Shown here: positions 58,121 to 64,000 of the stretch, one piece after another
Layout: every line of letters begins with the position of its first letter
Numbering within the stretch: the first letter of the stretch is position 1
DNA from: Chrysomallon squamiferum
Lineage: Eukaryota > Animalia > Mollusca
Reading direction: 5' to 3'
Assembly (NCBI GenBank): GCA_012295275.1
Contig: CM022675.1
Coordinates: forward strand, 13,888,001 to 13,952,000
DNA: 64,000 bases
Program-made: the position numbers and the translations under genes
The notes under the pieces: generated by a model
Database searches by the model: none
The model's input: only the letters and a program-made list of their open reading frames with translations
What the model was told of the DNA's origin: nothing

Positions 58121-59347
58121 GTGTTTTGTTACTACCACTTTGTATTTTCAGTTGTAAAATCGTGACTAACTGTCTTGTAAACGAGTAAAACTTGTGTGGA
58201 TACGAGTAAACACTCAGCTGAACATGACGGCTAGTCTGCTTATATCTGTTTTTATGAGTTTTCTTTTCTCTTTGTTTTTCTTTACTTTATATTTTTTCTC
58301 GTTATTTTAATAATTAGCGTGGTAATGAAATGTTTTATTTTTGACTGTTGTTTACAAAAGAGATTTATTATTATTTTCTTTTACCTGATTTCAGGATGAA
58401 TATCTTGCAGAGAAAAAAACATTTTTATTAATATTGTAAATGTAGATTTCTGATGGCAAAAAGCGTAATTTTTTTTAGAAAAGGAAACAAAAAAAATAAA
58501 AACACGTTTTTATTGATGTGATAATTAAACAACTAAAGAAAAGGTAAAATAAAAAAATACATAAAATAGGTTTGTTTTTGTACGCATTTTATATATATAT
58601 AAATATACATTTAAGTATTCGTGTGTGTGAATATCTGTATATATATCTGTGTATGTACGTAATTGTATGTATGTAGTTTTGTATGCATGTGTGTGGTTGT
58701 TTGAGTATGTGTACGTATATGTTGATGTATGCGCTTGTATGTATATGTGTATGTATATACATATACATAGACATACATACACACACACATATATATAATA
58801 TGTATGTATGTTTGTATATACATATACATATATACATACATATACATAGACATAGACATACATACATACATATATATATTATATTATATTATATTATATT
58901 ATATGTGTATGTGTATATACACTTATGTTTACACACATGTGTATGTATGTATGTTTGTACCTATGTTTGTATGTATAAAAATTTAATAAATAGTGACATA
59001 TATCCATGCAATGTAGCAGGTTTCTTGAATTTTATGTTTTTGTGAAACTTATGAGTTTTTCATAAATAATCTCACATTTTAAGTGCTGAAAAGATTTCAC
59101 TCACTTCCATTTCTTCCTGCTTCCGAGAAATGTTCAGTGAAAGTTATATAGCTCATTTTAGAAATTACTCAATTTTAAAACTTGTTCAGGAAGAGGAATC
59201 ATTAAAAACTAGAAAGTTTGTGGCTTTTGTAAGAATGGTTAAAATGAGTGCACTGGTAGAAAATGGGTTAAAACAATCTGATTTGTATTTACTTCTCATG
59301 ATCAAAAAGTGTTTATGTAAGGAATTTTTTCCCAGTTAAAAAAACCC

Positions 59348-59391
<44 letters not shown>

Positions 59392-59671
59392 GTCTATCTA
59401 AAGGAAAAAAAAAAATTGTTTTTATAATTTAACTTAAATAGAAAAAAAAAAAAAAAAAAAAAATTCAAGCTCTTCCAGAAAATGTTGTTGTTGGAAACGT
59501 TTCAGCGATGTCTTGTATGCAGCACGATGAAACACGAGAAGATACGAAGTGACACGGAATTTGCCGAAATAAGTCACGAAACAAAATACCCCGAAACGTT
59601 GCCAACCGACCTGAAGTTCTTTGTTATGTTTACTGACAGTAATTACTTCTACTCCTACATCTCGTCGAAAT

Positions 59672-60650
59672 GTAATATCCGCTATTAATATCTCAAGACT
59701 ATTTTTCAAAATATGCACTATTAATATCTCAAGACTATTTTTCAAAACATGCACTATTAATATCTTGGCACTATTTTTGGTAATATCCACTATTAATATC
59801 TTGACACTATTTTTGGTAATATCCACAGTTAATATCTTGACACTATTTTTGGTAATATCCACTGTCAATATTTTAAACTATTTTAGTAATATCAACTATT
59901 AATATTTTAGCAGTATTTTAATAATATCCCCTTTTAATACATAACTCTATTTTAGTAATAACCTCTATTAATATCTTAAAACTAGTTTTAGTTTTATCCG
60001 CTTTTAATATTTTACATTTATTTTTAGTAATATCTTAACGTTATTTCTAGTGACACTCGGTAATAATATTTTAACACTGTTCTTTTTTAGTTGTCTTTTT
60101 CTTTTTTTTAGCAAAGTCCGATATTAATATCTTAAAACTATTTTAGTAATATGAACTATTAATATTTTATTATTATTTTACTTATAACCACCATTGATAT
60201 CATTACAGTATTTTAATAATATTCATTATTAATATTTTAACACTATTTTTATGCTGCATCATTATAATGTTACATTAATAATATCTATTGTTAATATTTA
60301 TCATAATGTTTTATAAAGTAATATTCAGTATTAATATTTTAACATATTTTTAAAATAATGTAACACGTTTTATAAAGTAATATTCAATACCAATATTTTA
60401 ACATATTTTTAATAATATAACACAATGTATTATAAAGTAATATTTAATACTAATAATTTGACATATTTTTACTAATGCAACACAATGTTTTAATAAGTAA
60501 TATTCAACATTAATATTTTAACAGATTTGTAATAATGTAACACAGTGTTTTGTAAAATAATATTCAATACTAATATTTTTAACATATTTTAACTAATGAA
60601 GCACAATGTATTATAAAGCAATATTCAATATTAATATTTTTGCACTGCTA
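59672..60650. repeat. 36-bp minisatellite decaying into a ~60-bp AT-rich array
   Basis: taatatccactattaatatcttgacactatttttgg; ataaagtaatattcaatactaatattttaacatattttt. Confidence 0.8.
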
Positions 60651-61199
60651 TAATTTGCGAAAAACGAATTTCTGCTGCTGAAAAAAATAAAAATAAAAAA
60701 TAGAAAATTAAAAGTATCATTGAAAAATAAAATAACCAAGATTTTATCTCACAGATATTAACTGACACGAACAGACGAACAGAGGAACAAGGATGATCAT
60801 TTTAGTAATTCGGATCGGGCTGCGAATTGTAATTATTTTTTATAGTCTTTTGTGAGACGGGAATGAAATGAAATCATCGCGCGTGAAAACAGCGTGCTAA
60901 ATGTGTAATCCCCAGTCGGGTAAAATGCATAACGGGCGATAAAGTAAGTTTATGTCTGAGCTGTCGCGCTGGTGTTTTCTCTTTGATGGGATATGAACGA
61001 GAGTCATGAATGCAAATACACTCATTACAGACCGCAGACGCGTGCCAATAAAGTCAGCTCGAAAATAGATGGAACAAGTGCGAACAAAACTGATTTCTCG
61101 ACGACACATCTCTTATTAGCATCTGAAGAAGTTTATTGTTATAATCTATTAGCGGCGTGATATAATCAGTTGTAATACCTACTACTGTGATCTAATGAC

Positions 61200-62560
61200 C
61201 TATAGTGTATTACTAGTATGATATAATGAGTTGTACTATAATACTAGTATGATATAATGAGTTGTACTATATTACTAGTATGATATAATGAGTTGTACTA
61301 TATTACTAGTATGATATAATGAGTTGTACTATATTACTAGTAAGATATAATGAGTTGTACTATATTACTAGTAAGATATAATGAGTTGTACTATATTACT
61401 AGTATGATATAATGAGTTGTACTATATTACTAGTATGATATAATGAGTTGTACTATATTACTAGTATGATATAATGAGTTGTACTATATTACTAGTATGA
61501 TATAATGAGTTGTACTATATTACTAGTATGATATAATGAGTTGTACTAGTATGATATAATGAGTTGTATATATTACTAGTATGATATAATGAGTTGTACT
61601 ATATTACTAGTATGATATAATGAGTTGTACTATATTACTAGTATGATATATTACTACTATATATATGATATAATATAATTACTAGTATGATATAATATTA
61701 CTAGTTGTACTATATTACTAGTATGATATAATGAGTTGTAATATATTACTAGTATGATATAATGAGTTGTATGAGTTGTATATATTACTAGTATATTACT
61801 ACTATATTACTAGTAAGATATAATGAGTTGTACTATATTACTAGTATGATATAATGAGTTGTACTATATTACTAGTATGATATAATGAGTTGTAATATAT
61901 TACTAGTATGATATGAGTTATAATACATTATTAGTATGATATAATGACATAATATATTACTAGTTTGGTATAATGACTTTAATATATACTGATATGATAT
62001 AATGAGTTATAGTGTATTACTAGTATGACAAAATGAGTTATAATATATACAGGTATGATATGATAAGTCATAATCTATACTGATTGATATAATGAGTTAT
62101 AATATATACTGGTATTATATAATGAGTTATAATTATTGATATGATATAATGAATTATAATATATACTGTTATGACAAATGAGTTATGATTAATTACTTGT
62201 ATGATATAATAAGTCATAATATATACTGAATTGAAATAATAGTCATAATATATACTGGTATTATATAACTGAGTTAAGGTACTGGTATGATATAATGAGT
62301 TACAGTATATTACGAGTATGAAAAAATTAATTGTAATATACACAGGTATGATAAAATGAGTTACAATATATATATATAGATATGATATACTAAGTCATAA
62401 TATATTCTGGTATTATATAATGAGCTATATACTGATATGATATAATGAGTTACAATATATATATATGATATGATATACTAAGTCATAATCTATTCTGGTA
62501 TTATATAATGAGTTATATACTGATATGATATAATGAGTTGTAATGTATATTATTATATAA
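61200..62560. repeat. 31-bp minisatellite
   Basis: tactagtatgatataatgagttgtactatat. Confidence 0.95.
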
Positions 62561-63047
62561 TTAATTATAAAATATTGTTATTACAATATGATTAATCATA
62601 ATCTTTTATTATTGTTATGAAACGATTACTTATAACATATCACGATTATGATTTGGTTCCTATTATATGTGTGTTTAATATACTCTGTACTGTATGTAAA
62701 TGTGTGTATTAATATGAATGTAGCTGAGACTACTTAATGCAATTTATTTATAATGAATGACGAACCGTCTGTTTTTACATTAATTCATTGCTTTTGCACC
62801 GAAATAGAAATAAAAACTGAAAAATGAAAAGAGAAGCATTAGAAAGGAAATTAATATTTTATGACCGAACCTAAATCGTAGAATACGTTAATCTTAATTA
62901 CTTCGAAATGGACGTAGTCAATCGAAGTCACATATCGATCTGTTCAACTCGCTGTTTATACTTCTTCTCACTGATTCGCTTCTTCAACACAAATTTAAAC
63001 ACGTACTAAACTTTCTTATAATATAAAGAAAAACAATATTACTTCTT

Positions 63048-63078
<31 letters not shown>

Positions 63079-63149
63079 ATGTGTATGTGTGTATGTGTGT
63101 GTGTGTGTTATAACGTACATATAATTATACATATAATGTATATATATAT

Positions 63150-63893
63150 ATAATACAACATTACTATTTTATATAATACATTTCCATTTTACATAACATA
63201 ATACAACATTTTCATTTTATATAATACAACATTACCATTTTATATAACATAATGCAACATTACTATTTTATATAATACAACATTACCATTTTATATACCA
63301 TAATACAACATTTTCATTTATATGATATAATACAACATTACTATTTTATATAATATAAAATTACCATTTTATATACCATAATACAACATTTTCATTTATA
63401 TAATATAATACAACATTACTATTTTATATAATATAACATTACCATTTTATATACCATAATGCAACATTTTCATTTATATAATATAATACAACATTACTAT
63501 TTTATATAATATAACATTACCATTTTATATAACATAATATAACATTACTATTTTAATTAACATAATACAACATTACTATCTTATATAACATAATACAGCA
63601 TTACTATTTTATATAACATAATACAGCATTACTATTTTAGATAATATAATACAACATTACTATTTTATATAACATAATACAGCATTACTATTTTAGATAA
63701 TATAATACAACATTACTATTTTATATAACATAATACAACATTACTATTTTATATAACATAATACAACATTACTATTTTATATAACATAATACAACATTAC
63801 TATTTTATATAGTACAACATTACTATTTTATATAATACAACATTACTATTTTATATAGTACAACATTACTATTTTATATAGTACAACATTACT
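63150..63893. repeat. 23-28-bp AT-rich minisatellite
   Basis: ataatacaacattactattttatataac. Confidence 0.95.
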
Positions 63894-63985
63894 GTAGAAA
63901 ATTCCAATATCTTAGTGCAGGCCAAAATACAACGTTATTGTGTTCTGTCGATTTTGGCCTACACTAAGATATTGGAATTTTCTAC
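63894..63985. repeat. Near-perfect inverted repeat (35-bp arms, 22-nt loop)
   Basis: gtagaaaattccaatatcttagtgcaggccaaaat ... attttggcctacactaagatattggaattttctac; 34/35 complementary. Confidence 0.92.
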
Positions 63986-64000
63986 TTCTGTCTGTGCTTG

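Overview
AT-rich, microsatellite- and minisatellite-dense animal genomic DNA; the style suggests an invertebrate, possibly a mollusc (inference). Two spliced genes can be reconstructed by hand and lie tail-to-tail. (1) A + strand 12-exon gene (CDS 4077-17969, 589 aa with two candidate microexons) encoding an uncharacterised N-terminal domain, a winged-helix domain and a C-terminal PNP_UDP_1/MTA-SAH-nucleosidase-fold domain whose motifs resemble the PNP effector domains of fungal NLRs (ATP-nucleosidase type). (2) A - strand hnRNP A/B gene (CDS 25063-21930, 346 aa; 2 RRMs, Gly-rich tail, PY-NLS) with a GC-AG intron, a 3'UTR intron and an E-box/CCAAT/YY1 promoter. From about 25 kb to 64 kb I recognise no host coding exon. 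That region holds two inverted non-autonomous FLYWCH/MULE elements, a Tc1/mariner transposase remnant, a tRNA-derived SINE head, many tandem arrays, CpG-rich islands with CRE/E-box/YY1 motifs and a near-perfect 92-nt hairpin. CpG is visibly depleted over 1-24 kb and abundant afterwards, consistent with mosaic gene-body methylation. All calls come from reading the sequence; no searches were run.
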